The notes: generated from the sequence alone by a model not told the origin. Positions 44,491-54,269 are shown, counted from the stretch's first letter. The stretch is 64,000 bases of DNA from Candidatus Terraquivivens tikiterensis (GCA_003056285.1 NDWU01000003.1:5522-69521), one strand, 5' to 3'. Numbers and translations are program-made.

Positions 44491-44514
44491 ACAATACTTT
44501 GTATAAAGTATTGT
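44491..44514. promoter_or_regulatory. inverted repeat between the TATA-like box and the start of the Lys-rich mini-ORF
   Basis: ACAATACTTT-GTAT-AAAGTATTGT, 9 nt upstream of the ATG at 44482. Confidence 0.35.
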
Positions 44515-44627
44515 TATAAAAATTTTTCGAATTTTGTAACAACTTAGCGACTGGGTAGCCGGAACGTAAAGGTACATGTTAAAGTAATCTTTTTATAACG
44601 ATCTAGGAGCTGGATGCTTGAAGTCAG

Positions 44628-44957
44628 TTGTCGCAGGTTGACATTTCAGAGTTCAGGAGGCTTGACCTAAGGGTGGGCTTGGTCGAGCACGCAGAGAGGG
44701 TACCGGGTACCGATAAGCTCATAAAACTGCTCGTTAATTTCGGCCAATTTAAGAAAAAGTCGATAACGGCTCTTGGCCATCTATACGGCCCAGAGCATTT
44801 CATCGGCAAGAAGTTTGTATTCTTGGTGAACTTAAAGCCGAGGGTTGTAAAGGGCGAGGCGTCCGAGTGCATGATACTGGCAGCGACGGAGTCTGAGGAG
44901 GTCATAGCGCCCATAGTCCCTGAGAAAGACGTAAAGGCAGGCTCTCAGGTACTATAA
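44628..44957 (+). CDS. tRNA-binding domain protein (CsaA/Trbp111-like OB fold)
   Basis: FRRLDLRVGLVEHAERVPGTDKLIKLLVNFG...FVFLVNLKPRVVKGEASECMILAA. TTG start inferred. Confidence 0.8.
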   Translation: MSQVDISEFRRLDLRVGLVEHAERVPGTDKLIKLLVNFGQFKKKSITALGHLYGPEHFIGKKFVFLVNLKPRVVKGEASECMILAATESEEVIAPIVPEKDVKAGSQVL

Positions 44958-44996
44958 TGGGTGCCGTAGACCCTAAGCCATGCTTTAAACGTCAGG

Positions 44997-46304
44997 ATGG
45001 TGCCCGAATTGGCCAGAAGGTTGCACATAGCCGAGGCTTTTTGCATGCCGGAGAACGAGGAAGTCGAGTTGTTCGGATGGGTCAGGAACAAGCGGGTGCA
45101 TGGAAAGCTGGTTTTTCTGGAGCTCAGGGACTCCACGGGGACCATCCAGGTCACCGTAAAGCACGGGCTGGTCGATGAGGGTGGGTTTGCGGAGGCCTTA
45201 GACGTCACAAGAGAATCCTCCGTCGTCGTCACAGGTCTTACCAAGAAGGACCCAAGGGCACCGGGTGGGACGGAAATCCAATGCAGCTCGTTTAAGGTCA
45301 TAGGCAAGTCGATAGCCGAGTTTCCCATAAGGCCCGGTTCCAGCACCAGGTTCTTGCTGGACAATAGGCACCTGCACATCAGGAGTCCAAAGGTTACTGC
45401 TATAATGAAGATACGCTCTTTGCTGACGGGCATACTTCACGAGTGGTTCAGGAAGAACGGGTTTACCGAGGTCCACTGCCCTACGTTCATTACGGCGGCC
45501 GTCGAGGGCGGCGCCACGCTTTTTAAGGTGGATTACTTCGGCAAGGAAGTTTACCTAACCCAGAGCGTTCAATTCTACCAGGAGGCGGCAATATTCGGTC
45601 TGGAGAAGGTCTACACGATCCAGCCTAGCTTCAGGGCTGAGCTCAGCAGAACCAGGAGGCACCTGACGGAGTTTTGGCATGTCGAGGCGGAAATGGCCAA
45701 TGCCACGCTCGAGGACGTGATGGCAGTCGTCGAAAGGCTCGTCGGCGACGTGGTTAAGGCGTTGGCCGAGTCGGCTGGACCGTACCTGAAGGTTTTGGGG
45801 AAGAGCTTGGACCCCTCGTTGGCGGAGCCCCCTTATCCCAGGTTAAGGTATGCCGATGCGCTGGAGATCCTTAGGAGAAAGGGGTTCGACGTAAAATGGG
45901 GGCAGGACTTCGGGGCTGATGAGGAAAGGGAGCTATCCAAGGAATTCGATAAACCCTTCTTCGTAACCCATTACCCAAGAGAGGCCAAAGCATTCTACCA
46001 TATGCCAGACCCCTCAGACCCTAGGGTTACGCTGAGCGCCGACCTTCTGGCTCCCGGGGGCTACGGCGAGATAGTCGGCGGAGGCCAAAGGATCCATGAC
46101 TACGACCTCCTTGTCCAGAGAATCAAGGAGGCCGGCCTAAACCCCTCTGATTACGAGTGGTACTTGGATTTGAGGAGGTACGGATCGGTACCACACAGCG
46201 GTTTTGGGCTTGGCTTAGAAAGGATGCTCTGGTGGCTGCTCGGCATGAACCACATCAGGAGCGTGACGCTCTTTCCTAGAACGCCAACAAGGGTTTATCC
46301 ATGA
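44997..46304 (+). CDS. asnS: asparaginyl-tRNA synthetase
   Basis: Near-collinear with Pyrococcus AsnRS: GGATLFKVDYFGKEVYLTQSVQFYQEAAIFGLEKVY, SRTRRHLTEFWHVEAEMA, YEWYLDLRRYGSVPHSGFGLGLERM, FPRTPTRVYP. Confidence 0.9.
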   Translation: MVPELARRLHIAEAFCMPENEEVELFGWVRNKRVHGKLVFLELRDSTGTIQVTVKHGLVDEGGFAEALDVTRESSVVVTGLTKKDPRAPGGTEIQCSSFKVIGKSIAEFPIRPGSSTRFLLDNRHLHIRSPKVTAIMKIRSLLTGILHEWFRKNGFTEVHCPTFITAAVEGGATLFKVDYFGKEVYLTQSVQFYQEAAIFGLEKVYTIQPSFRAELSRTRRHLTEFWHVEAEMANATLEDVMAVVERLVGDVVKALAESAGPYLKVLGKSLDPSLAEPPYPRLRYADALEILRRKGFDVKWGQDFGADEERELSKEFDKPFFVTHYPREAKAFYHMPDPSDPRVTLSADLLAPGGYGEIVGGGQRIHDYDLLVQRIKEAGLNPSDYEWYLDLRRYGSVPHSGFGLGLERMLWWLLGMNHIRSVTLFPRTPTRVYP

Positions 46305-46861
46305 GCGACGTGTACCAGCCCGCAGAAGATACCTTCCTTCTGATAGACGCCGTAATGGATTTGCCAAATTTTGAGAGGGCAATAGAGGTAGGTTCTGGCA
46401 GCGGCGTGGTTTCCGTTGCGCTGGCGTGCAAGGCTGAGTACCTTATATCCACGGACATAGACCTGAAATCGTGCTATGCCACGTTGGAGCGTCTTCGCGA
46501 GCACGGTCGAAGGACGGGTACAGACGTGGTTTGCTGCGACCTCCTATCAGCCTTCAGGGAAACGCCCATTTTCGAGCTGATCGTTTTTAACCCTCCCTAT
46601 CTTCCAAGCGAGCAGGTACAGGACGTATCCGTATTCGGTGGTGAGCACGGCATTGAAACCTCTGTCGAGTTTTTGCGCCAAGCCTCATGCAGGTTGTCCC
46701 GGTCCGGTAGAATTCTGCTGGTAGCCTCGAGCCTTTCCGACGTAGATAGGCTACGTCAGACAGCATCAAAGCTAGGGCTCCAATACAAAACCCTTAGATA
46801 CGTCAGACTTTTCTTTGAAGAGTTACAGGTTATCGAGTTCAGAAACGAGACATATAAATAA
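46301..46861 (+). CDS. Mtq2/PrmC-like N5-glutamine methyltransferase (release-factor methyltransferase family)
   Basis: VYQPAEDTFLL, EVGSGSGVVS SAM motif, VFNPPYLPS (NPPY). ATGA overlap with asnS. Confidence 0.8.
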   Translation: MSDVYQPAEDTFLLIDAVMDLPNFERAIEVGSGSGVVSVALACKAEYLISTDIDLKSCYATLERLREHGRRTGTDVVCCDLLSAFRETPIFELIVFNPPYLPSEQVQDVSVFGGEHGIETSVEFLRQASCRLSRSGRILLVASSLSDVDRLRQTASKLGLQYKTLRYVRLFFEELQVIEFRNETYK

Positions 46862-46899
46862 GGGAAATACGTGACGAAAAGGTAATTACTGTCAGGTTT

Positions 46900-47031
46900 T
46901 TAAAATTCCTCCTCTTCCTCCTCCTCAAACTCCTCTTCTTCGAACTCTTCCTCTTCTTCCTCGAACTCCTCCTCAAACTCTTCCTCGAATTCCTCCTCTT
47001 CCTCTACGGATAATATGCCTGGATATACCAT
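46900..47031 (-). CDS. 43-aa poly-Glu/Phe mini-protein (unannotated small ORF)
   Basis: MVYPGILSV followed by 34 residues made only of Glu (28) and Phe (6). ATG is preceded by the TTAAAAATAA box and GGTGCGGTGG. Confidence 0.35.
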   Translation of the reverse strand: MVYPGILSVEEEEEFEEEFEEEFEEEEEEFEEEEFEEEEEEEF

Positions 47032-47209
47032 ATTTACCACCGCACCGAAAATTACGGCTTCATCTTATTTTTAAGGTTTGCGGATGTCCTTGAGGCATAA
47101 AAGATCGCACGAATTCACCCCTTATTGAGTTACCTTAACGACTGTATGTGTGGAAACACTGCTGGCAAGCTCCGTAGCCGAGGCAGGAGGCCCTAAAGCC
47201 ATGGGCAGC

Positions 47210-47524
47210 TCATGGTACTATGTGGAAGACCAAGCCGGCGACGAAGCTTATGACCATCATAACCAGCACAAGAAGCGATAGGATCGCGAACTTGAATTCC
47301 CTGTTGAGGAAGAATACCCCTAGGGCCACGGCAACTCTTAGGTAGGGCGTGAGTATTAACACAGCTGTACCAATCAGCGATAATGCGTAAACCAATTCCA
47401 TCCTCGTCGGCATAGCGGCATGGAGCGCCAGGGCTGAGGCAAAGAGTGCGCCGCTTAGTATAACGCCGGAAACCAGCACAATGTATATTGGCTTATTTAT
47501 ATCCAAACTACTCACCTCATACAA
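47210..47524 (-). CDS. DUF1634-like small membrane protein (TauE partner)
   Basis: 104 aa, three TM helices. Overlaps the end of the TauE gene by 8 nt, the usual pairing. Confidence 0.6.
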   Translation of the reverse strand: MYEVSSLDINKPIYIVLVSGVILSGALFASALALHAAMPTRMELVYALSLIGTAVLILTPYLRVAVALGVFFLNREFKFAILSLLVLVMMVISFVAGLVFHIVP

Positions 47525-48407
47525 ACGGAAGCCTCACGCCCAGCACTAGGAGCAAGCCTTTGCCGAGCATGCTGTAGCCTATGTAGCACATAAGAAGGGA
47601 GAAGAGGATCTTAAGCCACTTAACCTTGATCTTATTCATCAAAGCGGTACCCGCCGTCGCGCCTAGCATTGTGCCAAGTGCTACCGGAGCTATATAGTCT
47701 AGGTTCAGAAGGCCAGCGACGAAATACAATATTGCGCTCGTTGCGGCTGTTACCCCTATCATAAACTTGCTTGTAGCAACAGCAGCCTTAAGCGGCACGT
47801 TCATGAACAGGTTCATTATAGAGACCTTAAATACCCCTCCTCCTATGCCAAGCAGACCTGACCCTAACCCTGCGAAGAACGAGGTTACCCAGCCTACCGC
47901 AGAGTTCTTTACAAGGTAATCCACCCTATGGTTAATGGATTCGTCAAAGTAGTCTCCTCTTAAGCTAAAGTATCTCGAGATTCTGTCTTGTGCTATGTTC
48001 GCGAAGTCGTTGCTCTCAATTTTCCTGACTTCTTTCTTAACCGATAGTATCTGGGAGGCTGCGAGGTAGAGGGCTAACAAAGCGAATACGATATATAAAT
48101 ATTGGCCCGAAACTATCAGGACCAGCAAAGCCCCTATAAACGCGCCTATAGTTGTGGAAGTCTCTAGAAAGATGGCTAGGCGGATGTTGGTGATCCTTTG
48201 CTCAACGTATGAGGAGCCCCCTGAGATGCTTGTGGCCACGACCGTAACTATGCTTATCGCTATGGCCTCCTTTATAGGAACACCAAACACTAGCGTTAAA
48301 AACGGGACGATGATTATGCCTCCTCCTATCCCCATTAGAGCACCCATAAAACCCGCAATAAATGCCAAACCAAGGAAGACCAGTTGGGATGCGACGTCGA
48401 GCATCAT
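47517..48407 (-). CDS. TauE/SafE-family sulfite/anion exporter (DUF81)
   Basis: Internal duplication of 4-TM units with GIGGGIIIVP and GIGGGVFKV motifs. Confidence 0.8.
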   Translation of the reverse strand: MMLDVASQLVFLGLAFIAGFMGALMGIGGGIIIVPFLTLVFGVPIKEAIAISIVTVVATSISGGSSYVEQRITNIRLAIFLETSTTIGAFIGALLVLIVSGQYLYIVFALLALYLAASQILSVKKEVRKIESNDFANIAQDRISRYFSLRGDYFDESINHRVDYLVKNSAVGWVTSFFAGLGSGLLGIGGGVFKVSIMNLFMNVPLKAAVATSKFMIGVTAATSAILYFVAGLLNLDYIAPVALGTMLGATAGTALMNKIKVKWLKILFSLLMCYIGYSMLGKGLLLVLGVRLPFV

Positions 48408-48548
48408 CGAGTGCTAGGATACGTCCCGTATATAAGCGATTATCTCCTTTTGGGTAAGAGGTTTGTGACTTCCTCCGTGCGCTCGCTCCGGAGCTAGCGA
48501 CTCATGTAAGGGACGTACTCCGTGAGTACGCTTTTAAGATACACACCA

Positions 48549-49656
48549 TTAAACCCTAAAGCCCACGTCTTTCACGAGCACTTTAACCCTTGAGGCCCTG
48601 ATGTTTGCAAAAACCGTATCCCCGGGCTTAACGTCGAACTCCTCAAGATAATCCGATGGGATCTCGGCTTTTAGGTTGACGTCTCCCACCACGATGTCAG
48701 CCTTAACCGTCGAGCCTTCCGTATAAACGCATCCCACAGTCCCTTTTAAAACGTTGCACAAACAACCCTTCCATTTGGGCTTAGCAACCTCTCCCGTAGG
48801 CGAGAGGACGACGTCCCGAGGTCTTACAATTACGACGACATCTTCAACGTTTTCTGGAAGATCCTTATCTTTTTCGACGTTCAAAACAACGCCCCCGACG
48901 TCGACAGAAACGTATCCTGCGTTTTTTGAAACGACCTTTCCGTTAAAGACGTTATACCCCAAAAATTCGGCGACGAATTTGGAGCACGGATTCTCGAACA
49001 CTTCTGCAGTAAAACCTATCTGCTCGATCCTTCCATCGTTCATTATGGCTATTTTATCACCAACAACGCTCGCCTCTAGCAGGTCATGGGTTGTGTACAG
49101 AACTGGAATATTGAATTCGTCGAAAACATCCCTTAGTATCCGGCTGATACCTTTCCTGAAGGTCTCTCTTGTGGGAGGGTCCAAGGCTGCGCATGGCTCG
49201 TCTAGCAGCAGAACGTCGGGCTTGGCCGCTAAGGCTCTGGCTATAGCCGTCCTTTGCTTTTGGCCGGAGCTCAACGACTCAACCTTTCTTTCCATCAAGC
49301 CGTCGATTTGGAGTAGGCTTACGATCTTCTGAAGCTCGCTCAAACCCATTTCCTTTGATTTCGAGAATGCAATCCAGATGTTCTTCCGGACAGTCATGTT
49401 TGGAAACAATGCATAATCAGCCGGTACGTATCCGACCCTTCTTTTTTCTGGGGGGAAGCGACGTAACATCGACCCCATCGATCAATATCTTGCCTGAATC
49501 TATTCTCTGAAGGCCGGCTATGCACTCGAGCAGCGTTGTCTTACCACACCCGTTTGGACCCACGATGGTAAGTATAGAGCCGTGCTTGACCTCAAAACTT
49601 ATGTCCGTAAGAGAGAATGAGCCGCGTCGCGCATACATGTTCAAGACGGTAATCAT
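48549..49656 (-). pseudogene. molybdate/sulfate-type ABC transporter ATPase with C-terminal TOBE domain, frameshifted
   Basis: Walker A GPNGCGKTT in one frame (49417-49656). The rest (PEKRRVGYVPADYALFP, LSSGQKQR, LLLDEP, TOBE) is in another frame. The shift maps to the CCCCCCAGAAAAAAG run near 49440-49455. Confidence 0.7.
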
Positions 49657-49958
49657 ATCGTGAGCCCCCTATACAGGAGCTTTCTAACGATTATTTGCGT
49701 CATGCAGGCCATCGATAGAAGGATGCACGATAGGGCAGCTACGTTCCCTAAGTCTGCTGAGGCAAGGCTTAGATAAAGGGCGATGGGTAGCGTTTCGGTC
49801 TTAAATCTTGTAGCACCCGCCAGCATAACAGTCGCTCCAAACTCTCCGATCGCTCTTGCCCACGATACCAGTGCCGCCCCAAGTATGCCGCGCTTAGCAG
49901 CTGGCAGCGTAACGTAAAAGAAAGACTCTAGCTCCGAGTACCCGAATGTTCGCGCCAC
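49653..49958 (-). pseudogene. ModB/CysT-like ABC permease, C-terminal third only
   Basis: ARTFGYSELESFFYVTLPAAKRG...ARAIGEFGATVMLAG is the EAA-loop region. About 150 N-terminal residues are missing, and the frame runs straight on from the truncated SBP gene. Confidence 0.65.
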
Positions 49959-50698
49959 CTTGGCAGCTAGCTCTTTATCTTTAGCAAAGCTCGTTACAGT
50001 CCCAGCTATATAGCCTATCTTTGGAATCCTGTACGGCTCGATCCATACGATATCAGACTTATCAGGGTTCCAGTAATAGAAGACGTGCCATCCAATTACA
50101 GCGTCAACGGCGCCAGTATATATTAACTGAGCCGTCGCCTCGCAGCTAGCTGCGTAGACGGCTATATTTTTACTGACGGCTTCCCAAAGTCCATTTTTTC
50201 CAGAAGCTCCTTAGCGTAGGCTCCTATGCAAACGGATTTAGGGTCAGCTATTCCTACACGAATTCCTGGTTTTGCGAGGTCCTCGATGGATGTTATGTTT
50301 AACGGATTGCCTTTTTGAACGATGATCGCCAGAACCAGATAAGCAATGATCCTTGGAGGCGATGATGTAAAGTTAACAATGCCTTTCTCATTCGCTAGGA
50401 TAAGGTATTCTGCAGTGCCCGGGATGTAGACATCACCGATCCTGGTTATCTCCATAGCTGATAACAGACTCCCCGAGCCGCCCAAGTTAATCGTAACCTT
50501 AACGCCGTATCTCGATTCGAAAACGCTCGCAGCCTCTCTGTAGACAGGGGCTGCTGCCGCGCCAGCAAAAACGACAATTTCCCTTGCAGGATTCTTGTAT
50601 AATTGGTAGAAAGCCACCGTACCAACGACACCCAACGCGAGAACGGTTAAGGGAAATACGATAAGCATTTTACTCTTGTACGACATACTTATCACCAT
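49959..50698 (-). pseudogene. ModA-like periplasmic-type molybdate/tungstate binding protein, frameshifted and 3'-truncated
   Basis: Signal anchor plus VFAGAAAAPVYRE..VTINLGGSGSLL. The frame breaks in the T6/A6 run at 50194-50199 and continues as NGLWEAVSKNIAVYAAS..GAVDAVIGWHVFYYWNP. Confidence 0.65.
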
Positions 50699-50704
50699 GT
50701 GCGC

Positions 50705-50736
50705 AAATTGATGTTACAATCTTGTAACATCGATTT
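50705..50736. promoter_or_regulatory. near-perfect 15-bp inverted repeat (operator-like) upstream of the ModA-like gene
   Basis: AAATTGATGTTACAA-TC-TTGTAACATCGATTT, 7-38 nt upstream of ATG 50698, between a TTTAAAT box and the start codon. Confidence 0.45.
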
Positions 50737-50900
50737 AAAGTTTTCGGATAACCGTTCTAGTAGCTCTTCGGTAGATAGTAGATAAATTTAATGGGCAAGA
50801 CAACCCACGTATCTGATGATATTTAGGCTAAGCTTATGCACCTGAAGGTCGATTTCAAGAGTAAGACGTTGGATGAAACATTGAGAAGGATTCTGGAAGG

Positions 50901-51749
50901 ATGGGAACGGTTAAGGCAACAAAAGCAGTAAATATTCCCTACCAGCCTAGCGAAATGGTTAACTTATTGTTTAGATGTCGGTGTTAAAAGAGGCATTGCT
51001 GGAAGATTTAAGCTTACGAAACTTGTCTATAATGGACTTCAAAAATACGGCTAGCATTCATGCATGCCTTCTCTGCCGTAGAGATAACCACGGCCATTCT
51101 CAAGCGTTCAGAATTGTTGAAGACTTTCTAGTTTTCCCAGTTAAGCCCAGACAGTTCATCCGCATACAGCTTCATAAGAGAGCTTTAGAAGTTCTTAGAA
51201 ATGTTAAGCTTGGCTCAATAACGATTACGCCCAATACCATCCACACAGCCTATTCACGTATGGTTGGGGTTAATGAGCTTAAAGGATGGGTTGCCATAGA
51301 TTTGACACTCCCACGCCTAAAGGGTGTGGGCCTTCTCGCCGAATTTGGTAAAATCCAAGAGGTTTCAGTTAGAGGCAAAGAGCTTAAGCGCAGGCTTAGC
51401 AGCTGGTTGTTTGGAAAACTTCTTCGCATGGTAAACTACAAGTGCTTTTTCTTCTGCGTCAAAGTTAAGCCTGTCAGCCCAAAAGGTTCAAGCTCAACAT
51501 GCCCAACATGTGGTCAAAACTTGAAGAATACCCGGGTGGGCAGGTCAATTGTGAAAAGGAAAAAGGGACACGGTAGCCTGTTTAAACCTTATTAAAAGCG
51601 CAGATGCGGGTTTCGGCTCAACCCGAAAGCCCCTTGTATGTAGCCATGAACCCGGCCCTAACGACTTATCACAAGATGGGGAGAGGTGGGTGAGCAAAAG
51701 ATGGGAAGGTAACTCTTTATCTCCCGAAGAGTTGCCAGAACCCGGATAA
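50901..51749 (+). pseudogene. TnpB (IS200/IS605 OrfB) pseudogene: frameshifts, large internal deletion, nested MITE
   Basis: MGTVKATKAVNIPYQPSEMVNLL.. start, ITITPNTIHTAY..GWVAIDL (RuvC-I Asp), then a jump to LSSWLFGKLLRMVNYKC..VSPKGSSSTCPTCGQ, with the tail DTVACLNLIKSADAGFGSTRKP in another frame. Confidence 0.65.
51302..51347 (-). mobile_element. IS200/IS605-derived MITE, minimal 46-nt copy B nested in the TnpB pseudogene
   Basis: Reverse strand TTAC|CAAATTCGGCGAGAAGGCCCACACCCTTTAGGCGTGGGAGTGTCAA|A: left end joined to right end through one hybrid hairpin. Confidence 0.65.
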
Positions 51750-51837
51750 CCTTACGTGGGCTACCAAGCTGTAAGGCCATGGGCTTTCTGCCTCGACGAA
51801 GAGCTTGTCGGCACATAGGCCAGCGGATACCTCGCAT

Positions 51838-51999
51838 CTACGGGCGCATATGGTCTTCCTGAACTGCTCCAAAGTTTCCAGTTGCCTCGCCAGGCGTGCT
51901 CACAGTTAAATTGCCTTCTGGAATAATAAATTTCGGCAGCAGCGCCAGCACAGCACCTAAAGTTATGGCCAAGAACATAAACGCCACAACATTTGTCAT
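51838..51999 (-). CDS. 53-aa small membrane/secreted protein (unannotated small ORF)
   Basis: MTNVVAFMFLAITLGAVLALLPKFIIPEGNLTVSTPGEATGNFGAVQEDHMRP: one hydrophobic helix, then a polar tail. Confidence 0.3.
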   Translation of the reverse strand: MTNVVAFMFLAITLGAVLALLPKFIIPEGNLTVSTPGEATGNFGAVQEDHMRP

Positions 52000-52412
52000 A
52001 AGCCTCTCATGATAGTGATAGTATTGGTTCCATTTTAAATATAATTCTATCAGTTAGAACGGTCGAAGTCTACATAACTTTTTGCGAGAAAGCCCCTGAA
52101 CCTCGGTTAGGGTATGGATCGACGTTCTTGAACCAAGAAAAGGCAAGGAAGAGCTTCTAAGGTGTGATACGAAAACTTCCAGCGATATCCGCATGCGATA
52201 AAAGCTCTCCACTTTTATTCTGCAACCAAGCAAGGGTTTTCGTATTCTCGCCAGCAACGTCGTTAAAACGTCCCTAATCCTTACGTAATTGGCTTTTATT
52301 CTAATAAAGAAAGCGCCGCTAAATCTTTAACGTAAGGTTTAATTTTTGCTTCTGATAGTTACTATACTGGTTTCAGAAAATAAAATAACGCTTATTTTAG
52401 GGGTGAGGTATC

Positions 52413-54251
52413 ATGCCCGAGAAGATAATAGGCATAGACCTGGGGACTAGCAACTCAGCAGCGGCCGTAGTCATTGGCGGAAGACCAGTGATCATACCGA
52501 GCTCGGAGGGCGTGACGCTCTACGGCAAGGCCTTCCCGTCGTACGTGGCCATTACGAAGGACGGGCAACTCTTGGTCGGTGAGCCCGCTAGGCGCCAGGC
52601 CGTTATGAACCCAGAAGGGACAGTTACCGCCTTCAAACGAAAGATGGGTACCGACTACAAGTATGTCCTTCACGGCAAGGAATTCACGCCGCAGCAGCTT
52701 TCGGCGTTCTTACTCCAGAAGATCAAGAGGGATGCAGAAGCGTTCTTGGGGGAACCTGTGAAGAAAGCCGTCATAACGGTCCCGGCATACTTCAACGATA
52801 ACCAGCGACAGGCTACGAAGGATGCTGGCACGATAGCAGGTCTTGAGGTTGTGAGGATAATAAACGAGCCAACCGCTGCAAGCCTTGCGTACGGCCTCGA
52901 CAAGCAGGATAAGGAGATGAGGATAATGGTCTTCGACCTGGGCGGCGGAACGCTCGACGTGACGATACTCGAGTTCGGCGGCGGCGTGTTCGAAGTAAAG
53001 GCGACTTCCGGCGATACGCAGCTAGGAGGAACAGACATGGATAGGGTGTTGGTGGATTACATAGTCAACAAGTTCAAGCAAGACACAGGCATAGACCTTA
53101 CGAGGGACCAGATGGCGATGAACAGGGTGAGGGAGGCTGCGGAGAAAGCCAAGATAGAGCTCTCGACGGTTTACGAGACGGAGATAAACCTTCCCTTCAT
53201 AGCCCAGGACTCCTCGGGACCTAAGCACCTAACCATGACGCTAACGAGGGCAAAGCTGGAGGAGCTCGTCAGGCCTATAGTCGAGAGGTGCGCAGGCCCG
53301 ATGCGGCAAGCGCTCGCTGACGCTAAGCTCAGGCCGGAAGACATAGACAAGATCATACTGGTCGGCGGTCCGACTAGGATGCCGATCGTTAGGGAGTTTG
53401 TCAAGAACTTCATGGGGAAGGAACCGGAGCGTGGCATAGACCCGATGGAGTGTGTTGCCATGGGCGCGGCGATACAGGGCGCAATAATAGCTGGCGAGAT
53501 AAAGGACGTGGTCCTGCTGGATGTGACGCCGCTCTCGTTGGGTATCGAGACCCTGGGTGGCATATTCACGAAGATCATAGAGAGGAACACGACGATACCG
53601 GTAAGGAGAAGCCAAATATTCACGACGGCCGCCGACTTCCAGACGAGCGTCGAGATACACGTCCTCCAGGGCGAGAGGCCGATGGCTGCAGACAACATAT
53701 CGCTTGGTAGGTTCACGCTCTCAGGTATACCGCCAGCCCCAAGGGGCGTACCGAGGATCGAGGTAACTTTCGATATAGACGTGAACGGAATACTCACGGT
53801 CACGGCCAAGGACTTGGGCACGGGCAAGGACGTCAGCGTAAAGATAACGGCTCCCCACAGGCTCTCCAAAGAGGAGATAGAGAGGATGATAAAGGAGGCG
53901 GAAATGTATGCCGAGCAGGACAGGAAGAAGAAGGAGGAGGCCGAGCTGAGGAATGAGGCCGAGTCGCTCATATACACTATCGAGAAAGCTCTCAAAGATT
54001 TTGGAGATAAGGTACCGGGCGACGTCAAGTCAAGAATAGAGGAATCGCTGAAGAACCTGAAGGATGCTTTAGCTGGCAAGGACGTTCAGGAGATAAAGAA
54101 GAGGATGGAGGAGCTGAAGAAGGTAGCCCAGGAGATGGGGACTGTGATATACCAGCAAGCACAGACTTTTGCGCAGCAAAGCCCTAGCGGCTCTGGCTCG
54201 AAGACCGTTGATGCGGATTACAAGGTAGTTGACGAGAACAAGAAGGGTTGA
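52413..54251 (+). CDS. dnaK: molecular chaperone DnaK (Hsp70)
   Basis: [27 protein letters not shown] and a C-terminal lid; 612 aa. Confidence 0.95.
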   Translation: MPEKIIGIDLGTSNSAAAVVIGGRPVIIPSSEGVTLYGKAFPSYVAITKDGQLLVGEPARRQAVMNPEGTVTAFKRKMGTDYKYVLHGKEFTPQQLSAFLLQKIKRDAEAFLGEPVKKAVITVPAYFNDNQRQATKDAGTIAGLEVVRIINEPTAASLAYGLDKQDKEMRIMVFDLGGGTLDVTILEFGGGVFEVKATSGDTQLGGTDMDRVLVDYIVNKFKQDTGIDLTRDQMAMNRVREAAEKAKIELSTVYETEINLPFIAQDSSGPKHLTMTLTRAKLEELVRPIVERCAGPMRQALADAKLRPEDIDKIILVGGPTRMPIVREFVKNFMGKEPERGIDPMECVAMGAAIQGAIIAGEIKDVVLLDVTPLSLGIETLGGIFTKIIERNTTIPVRRSQIFTTAADFQTSVEIHVLQGERPMAADNISLGRFTLSGIPPAPRGVPRIEVTFDIDVNGILTVTAKDLGTGKDVSVKITAPHRLSKEEIERMIKEAEMYAEQDRKKKEEAELRNEAESLIYTIEKALKDFGDKVPGDVKSRIEESLKNLKDALAGKDVQEIKKRMEELKKVAQEMGTVIYQQAQTFAQQSPSGSGSKTVDADYKVVDENKKG

Positions 54252-54269
54252 AGGTTGCTGCCATAAGCT

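Noticed and set aside
52000-52412. Searched for a decayed grpE upstream of dnaK (67-aa minus ORF at 52054-52257)
   Set aside because: No frame shows GrpE-like sequence. The region instead contains a weak match to the MITE left end (ATTCTCGCCAGCAACGTCGTTAA).
53171-54079. 302-aa minus-strand ORF inside dnaK
   Set aside because: It is antisense to a canonical Hsp70 gene, Ser/Pro/Ile-rich with no motif. This is a known antisense-ORF artefact of dnaK.
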